DNA of 64,000 bases, taken from the NCBI GenBank assembly GCA_902546795.1, contig CACCLK010000002.1:2061-66060 (forward strand). The letters are read 5' to 3'. The notes beneath the pieces were generated by a model. That model worked only from the letters and a program-made list of their open reading frames with translations. It was not told the DNA's origin and ran no database searches. Source of the stretch: an uncultured Pelagibacteraceae bacterium. GTDB lineage: Bacteria > Pseudomonadota > Alphaproteobacteria > Pelagibacterales > Pelagibacteraceae. The stretch's first letter is position 1. Each line of letters starts with the position of its first letter. Position numbers and translations under genes: made by a program. Below are positions 42,011 through 53,033 of this stretch, piece after piece.

Positions 42011-42841
42011 ATGGCACTTAAAACTTTTAAACCGTACACGAAGTCAACAAGAGGTACTGTAATTGTAGACAAAAGTCTTTTGTGGAAAGGTTCACCTTAT
42101 AAACCTTTGACTAAAGGACAAAATTCAACAGGCGGAAGAAATAACTATGGCAGAATCACATCTAGACATAAGGGTGGTGGAGCTAAACATAAATTCAGAA
42201 TTATTGACTTCTTCAGAAAAAAGAAAAATATGAAAGCAGAAATAGAGAGAATTGAATACGATCCTAATAGAACAGGTTATATTGCTTTAATCAAATACGA
42301 AGATAAAGAAAGAAATTACATCATATGTCCACAAGGATTGAAAATAGGAGATAAAATTGAGTCAGGAAAAAATGTAGAAATTAAAATTGGTAATTGTATG
42401 GAGTTAAGAGACATACCTCCTGGAACTTCAATTCATAACGTAGAATTAGTACCCGGAAATGGTGGTAAACTTGCAAGATCAGCTGGTTCATCAGTTACTC
42501 TCTCAGGCTACGATGGTGATTATGCTATAATTAAACTTGCGTCAGGCGAAACACGTAAAGTTAGAAGTGAGTGTTTAGCGACGATTGGTGTCGTCTCTAA
42601 TCCAGATCAAAAAAATATTAAAATTGGTAAAGCTGGTCGAAACAGATGGAGAGGGAAAAGACCTCAGTCAAGAGGTGTTGCAATGAACCCTGTAGATCAT
42701 CCTCACGGTGGTGGTGAAGGTAAAACTTCAGGCGGGAGAAGCCCAGTGTCGCCTTGGGGGCAATCAGCCAAAGGACTTAAAACAAGAAAACCTAAAAGAA
42801 GTGATAAATTCATTATAACAAGAAGGAAAAAAAGAAAATGA
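42011..42841 (+). CDS. rplB: 50S ribosomal protein L2
   Basis: [28 protein letters not shown]. Confidence 0.98.
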   Translation: MALKTFKPYTKSTRGTVIVDKSLLWKGSPYKPLTKGQNSTGGRNNYGRITSRHKGGGAKHKFRIIDFFRKKKNMKAEIERIEYDPNRTGYIALIKYEDKERNYIICPQGLKIGDKIESGKNVEIKIGNCMELRDIPPGTSIHNVELVPGNGGKLARSAGSSVTLSGYDGDYAIIKLASGETRKVRSECLATIGVVSNPDQKNIKIGKAGRNRWRGKRPQSRGVAMNPVDHPHGGGEGKTSGGRSPVSPWGQSAKGLKTRKPKRSDKFIITRRKKRK

Positions 42842-43182
42842 CAAGATCAATTTGGAAAGGACCATTTGTTCATCCTAGCTTATTAAAAAAAATAGATAAG
42901 TTAAAAGATGGATCAAATAAAAAGCCAATTAAAACATGGTCAAGGAACTCGACCATTATACCAGATTTTGTCGGTCACAGTTTTATGATTCATAATGGAA
43001 AAACATTTATACCAATAACTATTTCTGAAGAAATGGTTGGTCACAAACTTGGTGAATTTGCACCTACAAGAACATTTAAAGGTCACACACCGGCTGATAA
43101 AAAAGCTGCTGCAGAAAAAGCTGCAGCTACAGATACAGCTAAACCAAAAACAACGGAAACTAAATCAGATGCAAAAAAGTGA
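42838..43182 (+). CDS. rpsS: 30S ribosomal protein S19
   Basis: [22 protein letters not shown]. Confidence 0.98.
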   Translation: MTRSIWKGPFVHPSLLKKIDKLKDGSNKKPIKTWSRNSTIIPDFVGHSFMIHNGKTFIPITISEEMVGHKLGEFAPTRTFKGHTPADKKAAAEKAAATDTAKPKTTETKSDAKK

Positions 43183-43543
43183 AAATATAATTAAAGCAAT
43201 AAATAAAAACGTTAGATCAAGCCCAAGAAAGGTTTCTCTAGTGCTTGACTATATAAGAGGTAAAAAAGCGGATATCGCTATAAGAGATCTTGAATTTACC
43301 AGAAAAAGAATTGCAAAAGATGTGAGTAAAACTGTTAAATCCGCTGTGGCAAATGCGGAAAATAATTATCAATTTGATATTGATCAACTATTTATTAAAG
43401 AGGCGTATGTTGGAAAGTCGCTGGTCATGAAAAGATTTAGACCTAGAGCTAAAGGTAGAGCAAGTCCAATAAAAAAACCTTTTAGCCGAATAACAATAGT
43501 ATTAGAGGAAAGAAAGGAGAAAAAAGATGGGCCAAAAAATTAA
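43169..43543 (+). CDS. rplV: 50S ribosomal protein L22
   Basis: [22 protein letters not shown]; ATG at 43169. Confidence 0.96.
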   Translation: MQKSENIIKAINKNVRSSPRKVSLVLDYIRGKKADIAIRDLEFTRKRIAKDVSKTVKSAVANAENNYQFDIDQLFIKEAYVGKSLVMKRFRPRAKGRASPIKKPFSRITIVLEERKEKKDGPKN

Positions 43544-44213
43544 TCCAATAGGTTTAAGATTAGGAATTAATAGAGGTTGGGATTCAACTTGGTTTGCTAA
43601 GAAAAAAGATTTTGGTAAATATTTAATAGAGGATTTTAAAATTAGAAAATATATTAAAAAAAATATTGTAAATTCTGGTGTTTCAGAAGTTGTTATTGAG
43701 CGATCGTCAAAAAAATGTACAGTTTCAATTCACACCTCAAGACCTGGTTTTGTAATAGGAAAAAAGGGGGCAGATATCGAAAAAATTAAAAAAAATATAA
43801 TGAAAATTACTGACAACGAGGTAACAGTAAACATTAAAGAGGTAAAAAAACCAGAGTTAAATGCAAATTTGGTTGCTGAGAATATTTCACAACAACTAGT
43901 AAAAAGGATTGCATACAGGAGGGCAATGAAAAGAGCCATGCAATCAGCAATGAGATTAAATGCCAAAGGCATTAAAGTAATGGTGAGCGGAAGATTAGCT
44001 GGAAATGAGATTGCAAGAACAGAGTGGTTAAGAGAAGGAAGTATACCCTCTCACACATTAAGAGCAAATATTGATTATGGGTTTTCAGAAGCTCTTACTA
44101 CATATGGAATTATTGGTATAAAAGTTTGGATTTACAAAGGAGAGGTCTTTGATAAAGACGTCGAAAAACAAAAAATTGAAAAGGTAAAAAATGCTACAAC
44201 CGGTAAGAACTAA
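43527..44213 (+). CDS. rpsC: 30S ribosomal protein S3
   Basis: [34 protein letters not shown]. Confidence 0.98.
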   Translation: MGQKINPIGLRLGINRGWDSTWFAKKKDFGKYLIEDFKIRKYIKKNIVNSGVSEVVIERSSKKCTVSIHTSRPGFVIGKKGADIEKIKKNIMKITDNEVTVNIKEVKKPELNANLVAENISQQLVKRIAYRRAMKRAMQSAMRLNAKGIKVMVSGRLAGNEIARTEWLREGSIPSHTLRANIDYGFSEALTTYGIIGIKVWIYKGEVFDKDVEKQKIEKVKNATTGKN

Positions 44214-44595
44214 ATTTAGAAAAGCTTTTAAAGGCAGGATACATGGCAATGCCTCTAGAGCTGTAAAATTAAATTACGGTCAATATGGCTTGAAAGCTTT
44301 ACAGCCAGATAGAGTCATCGGAAAACAAATTGAAGCTGCAAGAGTTGCTTTAACTAGGTATATGAAACGTTCAGGTAAAGTATGGACAAGAATTTTTCCT
44401 AACATTCCTGTATCAAAAAAACCAACAGAAGTGAGAATGGGAAAAGGTAAAGGCTCACCTGAATATTATGCTTGTAGAGTTAAACCTGGAAGGATCATAT
44501 TTGAAGTAGACGGAGTTACAGAAGAAGTTGCTCGAGAAGCTTTATATAAAGCTGGTGCAAAATTACCAATTAAAACTAAATTTATAAAAAGATAA
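44191..44595 (+). CDS. rplP: 50S ribosomal protein L16
   Basis: MLQP, QIEAAR, RMGKGKG. Confidence 0.98.
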   Translation: MLQPVRTKFRKAFKGRIHGNASRAVKLNYGQYGLKALQPDRVIGKQIEAARVALTRYMKRSGKVWTRIFPNIPVSKKPTEVRMGKGKGSPEYYACRVKPGRIIFEVDGVTEEVAREALYKAGAKLPIKTKFIKR

Positions 44596-44786
44596 TGGCA
44601 AAAAAAACTGAAAATAAAAAATTAACAAAAGACCAAGCTGAAAAAAAAATTGGCTTACTTAAAAAAGATTTATTTAATCTGAGATTTAAAAAAATAAATA
44701 ATCAGATTGATAATCCAGCACAGTTTAGTTCGATAAAAAGAGATATAGCAAGATTATATACAATTATAAGGAATAAAAATGACTAG
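44595..44786 (+). CDS. rpmC: 50S ribosomal protein L29
   Basis: LFNLRF, KRDIAR..T; operon position. Confidence 0.93.
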   Translation: MAKKTENKKLTKDQAEKKIGLLKKDLFNLRFKKINNQIDNPAQFSSIKRDIARLYTIIRNKND

Positions 44787-45009
44787 AAAAGTTCTTAAAG
44801 GAAAAATTATTAATTCAAAAAATGATAAAACAATTGTTGTGAAGGTCATTAGAAAATTTAGACATCCTTTTTATGGTAAAGTAATTACAAGATCAAAAAA
44901 ATACCACGCACACGATGAAAAAAATAAATTTAAAGAAGGCCAAGAAGTTTCCATCGTTGAAACCAAACCTTTCTCTAAGAAAAAAACATGGCAGGTAATT
45001 GATAAATGA
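44779..45009 (+). CDS. rpsQ: 30S ribosomal protein S17
   Basis: [25 protein letters not shown]. Confidence 0.96.
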   Translation: MTRKVLKGKIINSKNDKTIVVKVIRKFRHPFYGKVITRSKKYHAHDEKNKFKEGQEVSIVETKPFSKKKTWQVIDK

Positions 45010-45374
45010 TACAAATTCAGACAGAATTGATGGTAGCAGATAATACTGGCGCTAGAAGAGTAGAGTGTATTAAGGTTTTAGGGGGCTCTAAAAGAAGATA
45101 CGCTGGGGTCGGAGATATTATTGTAATAAGTGTTAAAGACGCTATACCCAAAGGCAAAGTAAAAAAAGGATCTGTTCATAAAGCCGTTGTAGTTAGAACA
45201 AAAAAAGAAATTTTTAGAGACGATGGTTCAAAAATACAATTCGATACAAACGCTGTTGTATTGACAGATGAGAAAGGTGAGCCAATTGGAACGAGAATAT
45301 TTGGACCAGTTACAAGAGAGCTTAGAGTAAAGGGGCATACTAAAATTATTTCACTTGCACCGGAGGTTATCTAA
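45006..45374 (+). CDS. rplN: 50S ribosomal protein L14
   Basis: [24 protein letters not shown]. Confidence 0.98.
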   Translation: MIQIQTELMVADNTGARRVECIKVLGGSKRRYAGVGDIIVISVKDAIPKGKVKKGSVHKAVVVRTKKEIFRDDGSKIQFDTNAVVLTDEKGEPIGTRIFGPVTRELRVKGHTKIISLAPEVI

Positions 45375-45619
45375 TGAAGATTAAAAAAGGCATTCAAGTT
45401 AAAATTTTAGTTGGTAAAGACAAAGGCAAAACTGGAGAAGTTTTAGAAATTATAAGAAAAGAAAACTTGGTTAAGGTAAAATCAATTAATATGATTAAAA
45501 GACACACTAAACCCACAAAGGAAAACAAAGGTGGCATTATTCAAAAAGAAAATTTCATTCATTTATCGAACGTAAAAAATATTGATAATAAAAGTAAGAA
45601 AAAAGAGGCTAAGAAATGA
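45374..45619 (+). CDS. rplX: 50S ribosomal protein L24 (short)
   Basis: [27 protein letters not shown]. Confidence 0.93.
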   Translation: MKIKKGIQVKILVGKDKGKTGEVLEIIRKENLVKVKSINMIKRHTKPTKENKGGIIQKENFIHLSNVKNIDNKSKKKEAKK

Positions 45620-46167
45620 TACCTAGATTAAAAACTTATTATGAAAATGAAATTAGCAAGAAGCTAATGACAAAATTAAGCTATAAAAATAAACATGAGA
45701 TACCAAAAATGTTAAAAGTAGTTTTAAATATGGGTCTCGGAGAAGACGCTTCAGATAGTAAGAAATTAAAAACATGTGTTGATGATATGAGTCTAATTAC
45801 TGGTCAAAGAGCTGTTGTAACAAAGTTTAAAAAATCAATCTCAAACTTTAAAACACGAAAAGGCGCAAACGCCGGTGTTAAAGTTACGTTAAGATCAAAA
45901 AAAATGTATGAATTTTTAGATAGACTTGTAAATATAGCACTACCTAGAATTAAAGACTTTAGAGGATTGAGTCCAAAAGGTATAGATCGTTCAGGAAATT
46001 TTAGCTTTGGTATAAAAGAACATATCATTTTCCCAGAAGTGAATTTTGATAAAGTCGATAAGATACGTGGTTTAGATATCACAATAGTAACAACTGGTAA
46101 AAAAAGGGAAGATACTTTTGAATTATTAAAGGAGTTTAATTTTCCAATAACACAAATAAAAAAATAG
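45616..46167 (+). CDS. rplE: 50S ribosomal protein L5
   Basis: [23 protein letters not shown]. Confidence 0.98.
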   Translation: MIPRLKTYYENEISKKLMTKLSYKNKHEIPKMLKVVLNMGLGEDASDSKKLKTCVDDMSLITGQRAVVTKFKKSISNFKTRKGANAGVKVTLRSKKMYEFLDRLVNIALPRIKDFRGLSPKGIDRSGNFSFGIKEHIIFPEVNFDKVDKIRGLDITIVTTGKKREDTFELLKEFNFPITQIKK

Positions 46168-46177
46168 AAAGGTTAAG

Positions 46178-46483
46178 ATGGCTAAAAAAAGCGCAATACA
46201 AAAAAATTTAAAAAGAATAAAATTAGCTAAAAAATTTGAGAAGAAAAGGGCTCAATTAAAAAAAATTATTAATAATAAAAAACTCGAGTTGTCGGAGAGA
46301 TTCGCTGCTCAGTTAAAATTAAATAAATTGCCGAAAAATTCTTCAAAAATAAGAATAAGAAATCGTTGTGAGATCACAGGTAGACCTCACGGTGTATACA
46401 GAAAACTAAAAATTTCACGGATAGCTCTAAGAGATATGGCTTCGGATGGAAAAATACCTGGTGTAATAAAATCTAGTTGGTAG
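46178..46483 (+). CDS. rpsN: 30S ribosomal protein S14 (long, non-zinc type)
   Basis: [18 protein letters not shown]. Confidence 0.97.
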   Translation: MAKKSAIQKNLKRIKLAKKFEKKRAQLKKIINNKKLELSERFAAQLKLNKLPKNSSKIRIRNRCEITGRPHGVYRKLKISRIALRDMASDGKIPGVIKSSW

Positions 46484-46491
46484 GAGGAAAA

Positions 46492-46890
46492 ATGAGTTTG
46501 ATGGATCCGATAGGAGATATGTTTACAAGAATAAGAAACGGACAAATGCGTTCGCTCAATAATATAAAAGTGCCTGCTTCAAAATTTAGGCTTAAAATAT
46601 TAGAAGTGCTTAAGTCAGAAGGTTATATTAATAATTTTTTAATTGAAAATAGCAAAAACAATAAAAAAGATTTAAAGGTAAATCTAAAGTATTTCGAGGG
46701 AAGCCCAGTAATTAAAGAAATTAAAAGAGTTTCAAAACCAGGCAGAAGAGTGTATTCAAGAGCCTCTAGTATACCAAAAATTCAAAACGGTCTAGGTTTA
46801 GCAATATTATCAACATCAAAAGGGATTATGTCTGATACTGAAGCAAGAAAAAAAAATATAGGTGGAGAAATAATTTGTAGGGTATTTTAA
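46492..46890 (+). CDS. rpsH: 30S ribosomal protein S8
   Basis: DPIGDMFTRIRN, SKPGRRVY, STSKG; AGGAGG SD before ATG 46492. Confidence 0.98.
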   Translation: MSLMDPIGDMFTRIRNGQMRSLNNIKVPASKFRLKILEVLKSEGYINNFLIENSKNNKKDLKVNLKYFEGSPVIKEIKRVSKPGRRVYSRASSIPKIQNGLGLAILSTSKGIMSDTEARKKNIGGEIICRVF

Positions 46891-46892
46891 TT

Positions 46893-47438
46893 ATGTCAAA
46901 AATTGGAAAAAAAAATATAACTATACCAAAAGACTCATCAATATCTGTTGCGTCCGGACAGTTGACTATAAAAGGTCCCAAAGGTTCTAAGACGTTAACA
47001 ATAAATGATAAAATTTTTTCTTCATCGATTAATAAAGATAATCAGTTTGAAATAAAACCTTTATCAAAAAAAGTTGATAAAAAAACATCTATTCTTTGGG
47101 GAACTTACAGAAGTCTAGTAAATAATGCTGTCGAAGGTGTATCCAAAGGCCATGAAAAAATACTTGAGCTTAACGGTGTTGGTTTCAGAGCAAGTTTAAA
47201 AGGTGAAAGTCTTAATTTGCAAATTGGGTTCAGTCATGATGTTAATTTTAAAATACCAAAAGAGATCAAGATACTAGTTGAGAAACAAACGGTGATTAAA
47301 ATTAGTGGCGTAGACAAGGAATTAGTATCAAAAACTGCAGCAGATATTAAATCTTTAAAACCAGTAGAACCTTATAAAGCAAAAGGTATTAAAGAGAAAA
47401 ATCAATTTGTACTAAGAAAAGAAGGAAAGAAAAAGTAA
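46893..47438 (+). CDS. rplF: 50S ribosomal protein L6
   Basis: MSKIGK, KGPKG, GVGFRA, EPYKAKG. Confidence 0.97.
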   Translation: MSKIGKKNITIPKDSSISVASGQLTIKGPKGSKTLTINDKIFSSSINKDNQFEIKPLSKKVDKKTSILWGTYRSLVNNAVEGVSKGHEKILELNGVGFRASLKGESLNLQIGFSHDVNFKIPKEIKILVEKQTVIKISGVDKELVSKTAADIKSLKPVEPYKAKGIKEKNQFVLRKEGKKK

Positions 47439-47792
47439 ATGAAGAAGTTAAGTAAAGATATAAAAAGAAGATTGCGTAATAGGAAAAAGCTTAAAAAAGT
47501 AAGTGTGAACAGGTATCGATTAAGTATATTTAAATCACTAAAAAATATTTCTGCGCAAATAATAGATGATAAAGTTATGAAAACTTTGGTGTCAGCGTCA
47601 TCTGGTGAAAAAGAAATTAAAAACAAAAAAGCGAAAAAAATTGAAGTATCTAATCTGTTGGGTGAATTATTAGCGAGACGCGCAAAAGAAAAAAAAATTG
47701 AAAATATTTACTTTGATAGAGGAGAACATAAATACCACGGCAGAATAAAGGTATTTGCTGACTCATTAAGAAAGAACGGATTAAAATTTTGA
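47439..47792 (+). CDS. rplR: 50S ribosomal protein L18
   Basis: RLSIFKS, AQIIDD, FDRG..KYHGRI. Confidence 0.96.
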   Translation: MKKLSKDIKRRLRNRKKLKKVSVNRYRLSIFKSLKNISAQIIDDKVMKTLVSASSGEKEIKNKKAKKIEVSNLLGELLARRAKEKKIENIYFDRGEHKYHGRIKVFADSLRKNGLKF

Positions 47793-47793
47793 T

Positions 47794-48297
47794 ATGAATG
47801 AAACTGAATTTAAAGAAAAACTTGTTGCTATAAATCGTATCACAAAAGTTGTTAAGGGTGGTAGAAGGTTTGGTTTTGCGGCATTAGTCGTTGTTGGAAA
47901 CCAAAAAGGATCGATTGGAATAGGTCAGGGTAAATCTAAGCAAGTGCCAGATGCTATTAAAAAAGCAACCGAAGTTGCAAAAAGAAATCAACAAAAAATT
48001 CCACTTAAAGATGGAAGAACCCTTCATCATGATGTTACTGGAAAAAATGGTTCAGGAAAAGTTTTTATGAGAGCAGCTCCTTCTGGAACAGGAATTATAG
48101 CTGGTGGTCCAATACGATCTGTCTGCGAGGTTTTGGGCATACAAGATGTTGTTGCTAAATCTTTGGGATCTTCAAACCCGTACAATGTTCTAAAAGCTTG
48201 TGTCAAAGGATTGAAGTCTCAAAGTTCTCCAAAGATCTTATCTGCAATAAGAGGGAAAAAAATTTCAGAAATAATTTTAAAAAGGGAGAGCGAATAA
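47794..48297 (+). CDS. rpsE: 30S ribosomal protein S5
   Basis: [19 protein letters not shown]. Confidence 0.98.
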   Translation: MNETEFKEKLVAINRITKVVKGGRRFGFAALVVVGNQKGSIGIGQGKSKQVPDAIKKATEVAKRNQQKIPLKDGRTLHHDVTGKNGSGKVFMRAAPSGTGIIAGGPIRSVCEVLGIQDVVAKSLGSSNPYNVLKACVKGLKSQSSPKILSAIRGKKISEIILKRESE

Positions 48298-48746
48298 TGA
48301 GTTTAAATCAATTAATTAAAACAAACAGTAAGAAAATTAGACCAGGTAGAGGAATTGGATCGGGAAAAGGAAAGACCTCAGGAAGAGGGCATAAGGGTCA
48401 AAAATCCAGAAGAGGAGTTGCGATTAAAAGCTTTGAAGGCGGACAAATGCCATTATACAGAAGGCTACCAAAAAGAGGTTTTAACTCACTTAAAAAAAAT
48501 GTAACTGCTATTATAAACATTTCGTCTATTGAAAATTTAATTAATTCAAAAAAACTCACAAAAGGTCCAATAGATTTAAAACAGTTACAGGAAAAAAAAA
48601 TTATTAATAAAAAATTTAAGAAACTTAAAGTTTTAGGTGGGGGCGAGTTGAAAACAAAATTTGATATATCAACTAATTATTTATCAAAACAAGCTAAATT
48701 AAAAATTGAAAAAATCGGCGGTAAAATTAACATTCTAAAAAAATAA
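48297..48746 (+). CDS. rplO: 50S ribosomal protein L15
   Basis: GRGIGSGKGKTSGRGHKGQ, FEGGQMPL; ATG at 48297. Confidence 0.97.
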   Translation: MSLNQLIKTNSKKIRPGRGIGSGKGKTSGRGHKGQKSRRGVAIKSFEGGQMPLYRRLPKRGFNSLKKNVTAIINISSIENLINSKKLTKGPIDLKQLQEKKIINKKFKKLKVLGGGELKTKFDISTNYLSKQAKLKIEKIGGKINILKK

Positions 48747-48748
48747 TT

Positions 48749-50050
48749 ATGTCTAGTGAAAGTTTAGCTCCAGGAGCATTTAGTCAAGCGCATGATTTGA
48801 GAAAAAGAATTTTTTTTACAATATTAATATTAATAATTTATAGATTAGGAACTTATATACCATTGGCCGGGGTTGATCCTGCAGCCTTAAAAGAAATAAT
48901 GTCATCAAGCCAACAGGGATTACTTGGTATGTTTAATATGTTTTCTGGTGGAGCAGTTACCAGAATGGCTATATTTGCCCTTGGTATCATGCCTTACATA
49001 TCAGCATCAATCATAGTTCAACTATTAACTGGTGTTTCAGACTATTTTAAGAGCTTGAAAGAACAAGGTGAGCTTGGAAGAAAAAAAATAACTCAATTTA
49101 CAAGATATGGAACTGTATTGATTGCAATTTTACAAGGTTATGGAGTAGCTGTAGGTTTAGAAAATGCAGGAGATATAGTTACAGAACCTGGAATGAATTT
49201 TAGAATAACAACTATGGTTTCCTTGGTTGCTGGAACAACATTTTTGATGTGGCTTGGAGAACAAATAACTTTAAGAGGTGTTGGAAATGGTATTTCTTTA
49301 ATAATTTTTTCAGGAATAGTAGCTGAAATACCGCGAGCGCTTGCATCTACTTTTGAGCTAGGGAGAACTGGAGCTTTATCAGCAACAATGATAGTTGGTA
49401 TTTTTATTTTAGTAATACTAACTGTATTATTTATTGTTTATTTTGAGAGAGCAATGAGAAAAATTTTAATAAATTATCCAAAGAGACAAGTCGGTAACAA
49501 AATTTATGGGGGTGAGTCATCACATTTGCCACTTAAAATAAATACAGCAGGAGTAATACCTGCAATTTTTGCATCCGCTTTACTTTTATTGCCAATAACT
49601 CTTTCAAACTTTGGTCTTTCAGATTCAAAAACTTTTTTAAACATTTCATCACTTTTTACCCAAGGACAACCCATGTATATGATCTTATATGCGTCTGGAA
49701 TAATATTCTTTTCTTTTTTTTACACCTCAATAGTTTTCAATCCTAAAGAAACAGCAGAAAATTTGAGAAAGTATGGTGGATATATACCCGGTATAAGACC
49801 AGGTGAAAGATCAGCTGAATATATCGAAACAATTTTGATAAGACTTACAACGATAGGTTCTTTATATCTAACTATTGTTTGTTTGATGCCAGAATTTTTA
49901 ATAGCAAAATATCCAATACCTTTTTATTTGGGTGGTACTTCAATTTTAATTGTTGTTGTTGTCGCAATGGATACAGTGACACAAGTGCAAACAAGACTAA
50001 TGAGCTCTCAATATGAGTCATTAATAAAAAAAACAAAGTTTGGTAGATAG
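48749..50050 (+). CDS. secY: Preprotein translocase SecY
   Basis: IFALGIMPYISASI, GNGISL, IPGIRPG, GGTSILI. Confidence 0.98.
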   Translation: MSSESLAPGAFSQAHDLRKRIFFTILILIIYRLGTYIPLAGVDPAALKEIMSSSQQGLLGMFNMFSGGAVTRMAIFALGIMPYISASIIVQLLTGVSDYFKSLKEQGELGRKKITQFTRYGTVLIAILQGYGVAVGLENAGDIVTEPGMNFRITTMVSLVAGTTFLMWLGEQITLRGVGNGISLIIFSGIVAEIPRALASTFELGRTGALSATMIVGIFILVILTVLFIVYFERAMRKILINYPKRQVGNKIYGGESSHLPLKINTAGVIPAIFASALLLLPITLSNFGLSDSKTFLNISSLFTQGQPMYMILYASGIIFFSFFYTSIVFNPKETAENLRKYGGYIPGIRPGERSAEYIETILIRLTTIGSLYLTIVCLMPEFLIAKYPIPFYLGGTSILIVVVVAMDTVTQVQTRLMSSQYESLIKKTKFGR

Positions 50051-50054
50051 TTAA

Positions 50055-50627
50055 ATGAATTTAATTATTTTTGGCCCTCCTGGAGCTGGAAAAGGGACAC
50101 AATCGAAATATATATCAAAAAGATTTAAACTTTATCAGTTATCTACTGGTGATCTTTTACGCAATGAAATTAAAAATAACACAGAATTAGGATTAAAAAT
50201 ATCGTCTATCATAAACTCAGGTGGTTTAGTTTCAGATGAAATTGTAGGAAATTTAATAGAAAAATTTGTATCAAATGAAAATTATAAAAATAAGATTATC
50301 TTTGACGGCTACCCCAGAAATCTTAAACAAGCGGAGAGCCTGGATGGATTATTAAAAAAATATAGTCAAAAAATAGATATTGTTTTAAAATTGTCTGTGA
50401 GCTTAAAAACAATAAAAAAAAGAATATTAGAGAGACAAACGCAGGAAAAAAGAACAGATGATAATGAAGAAATAGCTATAAAAAGATACGAAACTTATGA
50501 AAAATCTACAAAACCAATACTTGAATATTATAAAAAACAAAATCCTATTAAAGAGGTAAATGGAGAGCAAAAAATAGAGCAAATAAATAAAGAAATAGGC
50601 GATATTATTGAACTTATAGAGGGTTGA
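50055..50627 (+). CDS. adk: Adenylate kinase (short-LID type)
   Basis: GPPGAGKGTQ, STGDLLR, DGYPR, R.DD. Confidence 0.96.
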   Translation: MNLIIFGPPGAGKGTQSKYISKRFKLYQLSTGDLLRNEIKNNTELGLKISSIINSGGLVSDEIVGNLIEKFVSNENYKNKIIFDGYPRNLKQAESLDGLLKKYSQKIDIVLKLSVSLKTIKKRILERQTQEKRTDDNEEIAIKRYETYEKSTKPILEYYKKQNPIKEVNGEQKIEQINKEIGDIIELIEG

Positions 50628-50651
50628 TTTTGAATAATAACGCTATATAAA
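50624..50651 (+). promoter_or_regulatory. Putative promoter of rpsM-rpsK-rpoA-rplQ
   Basis: TTGATT (50624-50629, overlapping adk stop), 16 nt, TATAAA (50646-50651). Confidence 0.5.
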
Positions 50652-50676
50652 TACGCTTAAAAAAACTCAGTATATT

Positions 50677-51060
50677 ATGGCTCGAATAGCAGGAATAAAT
50701 ATTCCACAAAATAAAGTAGTTAGTATTGCGCTTACCTACATTCATGGTATCGGACTTCACACATCAAAAAATATTTGTAAAAAACTTAATATTTCTAATA
50801 GCACAAGAGTAAATCAACTTTCAGAGGATCAAGTTTTAAAAATAAGAGAATTTATAGATGCGAATTATAAAGTCGAAGGAGATTTGAGAAGACAAACATC
50901 TGTCAATATTAAAAGATTGGTTGATTTAGCAACTTATAGAGGTAGTAGACATAAGAAGAAATTACCTGTTAGAGGACAAAGAACTCATTGTAACGCAAGA
51001 ACAAGAAAAGGAAAAGCTATAGCGATCGCAGGTAAAAAACTTACTCCATTGAAGAAATAG
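50677..51060 (+). CDS. rpsM: 30S ribosomal protein S13
   Basis: [25 protein letters not shown]. Confidence 0.98.
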   Translation: MARIAGINIPQNKVVSIALTYIHGIGLHTSKNICKKLNISNSTRVNQLSEDQVLKIREFIDANYKVEGDLRRQTSVNIKRLVDLATYRGSRHKKKLPVRGQRTHCNARTRKGKAIAIAGKKLTPLKK

Positions 51061-51071
51061 GGATATATTTA

Positions 51072-51521
51072 ATGAATAAAAAAACAAAAATAGCAAAAGA
51101 TGAGAATTCAATAAAACAAGAGGCTAGTAAAAAGACACCGGAATTAAAAAAGAAGAAGAAGAAAATCAAAAAAAATATTTCTAGTGGTATTGCTTATGTT
51201 TATTCAACATTCAACAATACTATAGTTTCGATAGCAGACGAAAATGGTAATGTAATATCATGGTCATCTGCTGGAGCTAAAGGTTTTAAAGGTTCAAGAA
51301 AATCCACACCGTACGCTGCTCAAGTAGCGGCCGATGATGCTGGTTCAAAAGCTTATGAGCAAGGATTAAGAACTTTAACAGTGCAAGTTAAAGGCCCAGG
51401 GTCAGGAAGAGAAACAGCTTTAAGATCATTGCAATCTAGAGGTTTTAAAATTTTATCTATTAAAGACACAACGCCAATGCCGCATAATGGAGCGAGGCCA
51501 CCTAAAAGAAGGAGAGTATAA
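51072..51521 (+). CDS. rpsK: 30S ribosomal protein S11
   Basis: [28 protein letters not shown]. Confidence 0.98.
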   Translation: MNKKTKIAKDENSIKQEASKKTPELKKKKKKIKKNISSGIAYVYSTFNNTIVSIADENGNVISWSSAGAKGFKGSRKSTPYAAQVAADDAGSKAYEQGLRTLTVQVKGPGSGRETALRSLQSRGFKILSIKDTTPMPHNGARPPKRRRV

Positions 51522-52555
51522 TGGAAAACACCTCAAATATAATTGATAAAAACTGGAAGTCATTAATAAAACCTAATAAATTAGAGATTACAAGTAACGA
51601 AGACAAGTCTGTGGCCAAAGTAATTGCAGAACCTTTAGAAAAAGGATTTGGTCAAACAATAGGAAATTCTCTAAGAAGAATATTGCTTTCTTCAATTCAA
51701 GGAGCAGCTGTAACTGCAATTCAAATAGACGGAGTATTACACGAATTTTCTTCAATAAAGGGTGTGAGAGAAGATGTAACCGATATAGTTCTTAATGTAA
51801 AAAATTTAGCGATTAAATCAAATGCTTCAGGATCAAAAAAAATTATTTTAGATATAAAAGGTCCCAAAGAAGTAAAAGCAAAAGATATTACTCTTGTTCC
51901 TGAGGTAGAAATCTTAAATCCCGAACTTACTATTTGTAATTTAGATGAAAAAACACATTTTCATATGGAACTTATTGTAAATAATGGAAAGGGTTACGTG
52001 CCTGCTCCAAAAAATAGGTCAGAGGAAAGTCCTTTAGGTTTAATATCAATTGACTCACTTTTTAGTCCAGTAAAAAAAGTATCTTTTGCTATAGAAAATA
52101 CAAGAGCAGGAAGTGCGTTGGATTACGATAAGTTGGTTATGACCGTTGAAACAAATGGAACTGTAGCTGCAGAAGATGCCATTGCTTACTCAGCTAGAAT
52201 TTTCCAGGATCAATTATCCATGTTTGTGAATTTTGAGGATCCTAAAGAAGTCGTTAAAGAGGTTAAATCAGCAGAACCTGAATTTAATAAAAATTTATTG
52301 AAAAGAGTAGAAGAGCTTGAGCTTTCAGTGAGATCAATGAATTGTCTTAAAAATGATAATATAATTTATATCGGAGATCTTGTTCAAAAAACTGAGCCAG
52401 AAATGTTAAGGACACCGAATTTTGGAAGAAAATCATTAAATGAAATTAAAGAAGTTCTGAGCACAATGTCTCTATACTTGGGAATGGAAATACCAAACTG
52501 GCCTCCAGACAACATAGCTGAAATGTCAAAAAAATTAGAGGAGAATAATTACTAA
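51521..52555 (+). CDS. rpoA: RNA polymerase alpha subunit
   Basis: [36 protein letters not shown]. Confidence 0.99.
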   Translation: MENTSNIIDKNWKSLIKPNKLEITSNEDKSVAKVIAEPLEKGFGQTIGNSLRRILLSSIQGAAVTAIQIDGVLHEFSSIKGVREDVTDIVLNVKNLAIKSNASGSKKIILDIKGPKEVKAKDITLVPEVEILNPELTICNLDEKTHFHMELIVNNGKGYVPAPKNRSEESPLGLISIDSLFSPVKKVSFAIENTRAGSALDYDKLVMTVETNGTVAAEDAIAYSARIFQDQLSMFVNFEDPKEVVKEVKSAEPEFNKNLLKRVEELELSVRSMNCLKNDNIIYIGDLVQKTEPEMLRTPNFGRKSLNEIKEVLSTMSLYLGMEIPNWPPDNIAEMSKKLEENNY

Positions 52556-53017
52556 ATGAGACATAACCTTGGATATAGAAAACTTAACAAGACCACTGAA
52601 CACAGAAAAGCTTTGTTTAAAAATATGCTTAATTCATTAATTAAATATGAACAGATAATTACAACACTTCCAAAAGCAAAAGAACTAAAGCCTCAAATTG
52701 ACAAAGTTATAACTTTAGGAAAAAAAAAACAGCTAAGCAATAAAAAGAAATTATTTTCAAAACTTCAAGATAAAAATTCAGTTATTAAAGTTTTTGATAT
52801 TCTTTCAAAAAGATATGAAAATCGTAAAGGTGGTTATTCAAGGGTTCTTAAAGCAGGTTTCAGAACCGGTGACGATGCACCAATGGCTGTTATAGAATTG
52901 ATCGATCGAAACAAAGAGGCAAAATTGATTGATAAGCCAAAAAAGAAGTCAGAGGTAAACAAAGATAAAGAAGTAGAGAATAAAACTGAAAAACCCGCAA
53001 CAAGCAAGAAAAAATAA
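52556..53017 (+). CDS. rplQ: 50S ribosomal protein L17
   Basis: [28 protein letters not shown]. Confidence 0.97.
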   Translation: MRHNLGYRKLNKTTEHRKALFKNMLNSLIKYEQIITTLPKAKELKPQIDKVITLGKKKQLSNKKKLFSKLQDKNSVIKVFDILSKRYENRKGGYSRVLKAGFRTGDDAPMAVIELIDRNKEAKLIDKPKKKSEVNKDKEVENKTEKPATSKKK

Positions 53018-53033
53018 TTCTTAATTAAAATAA

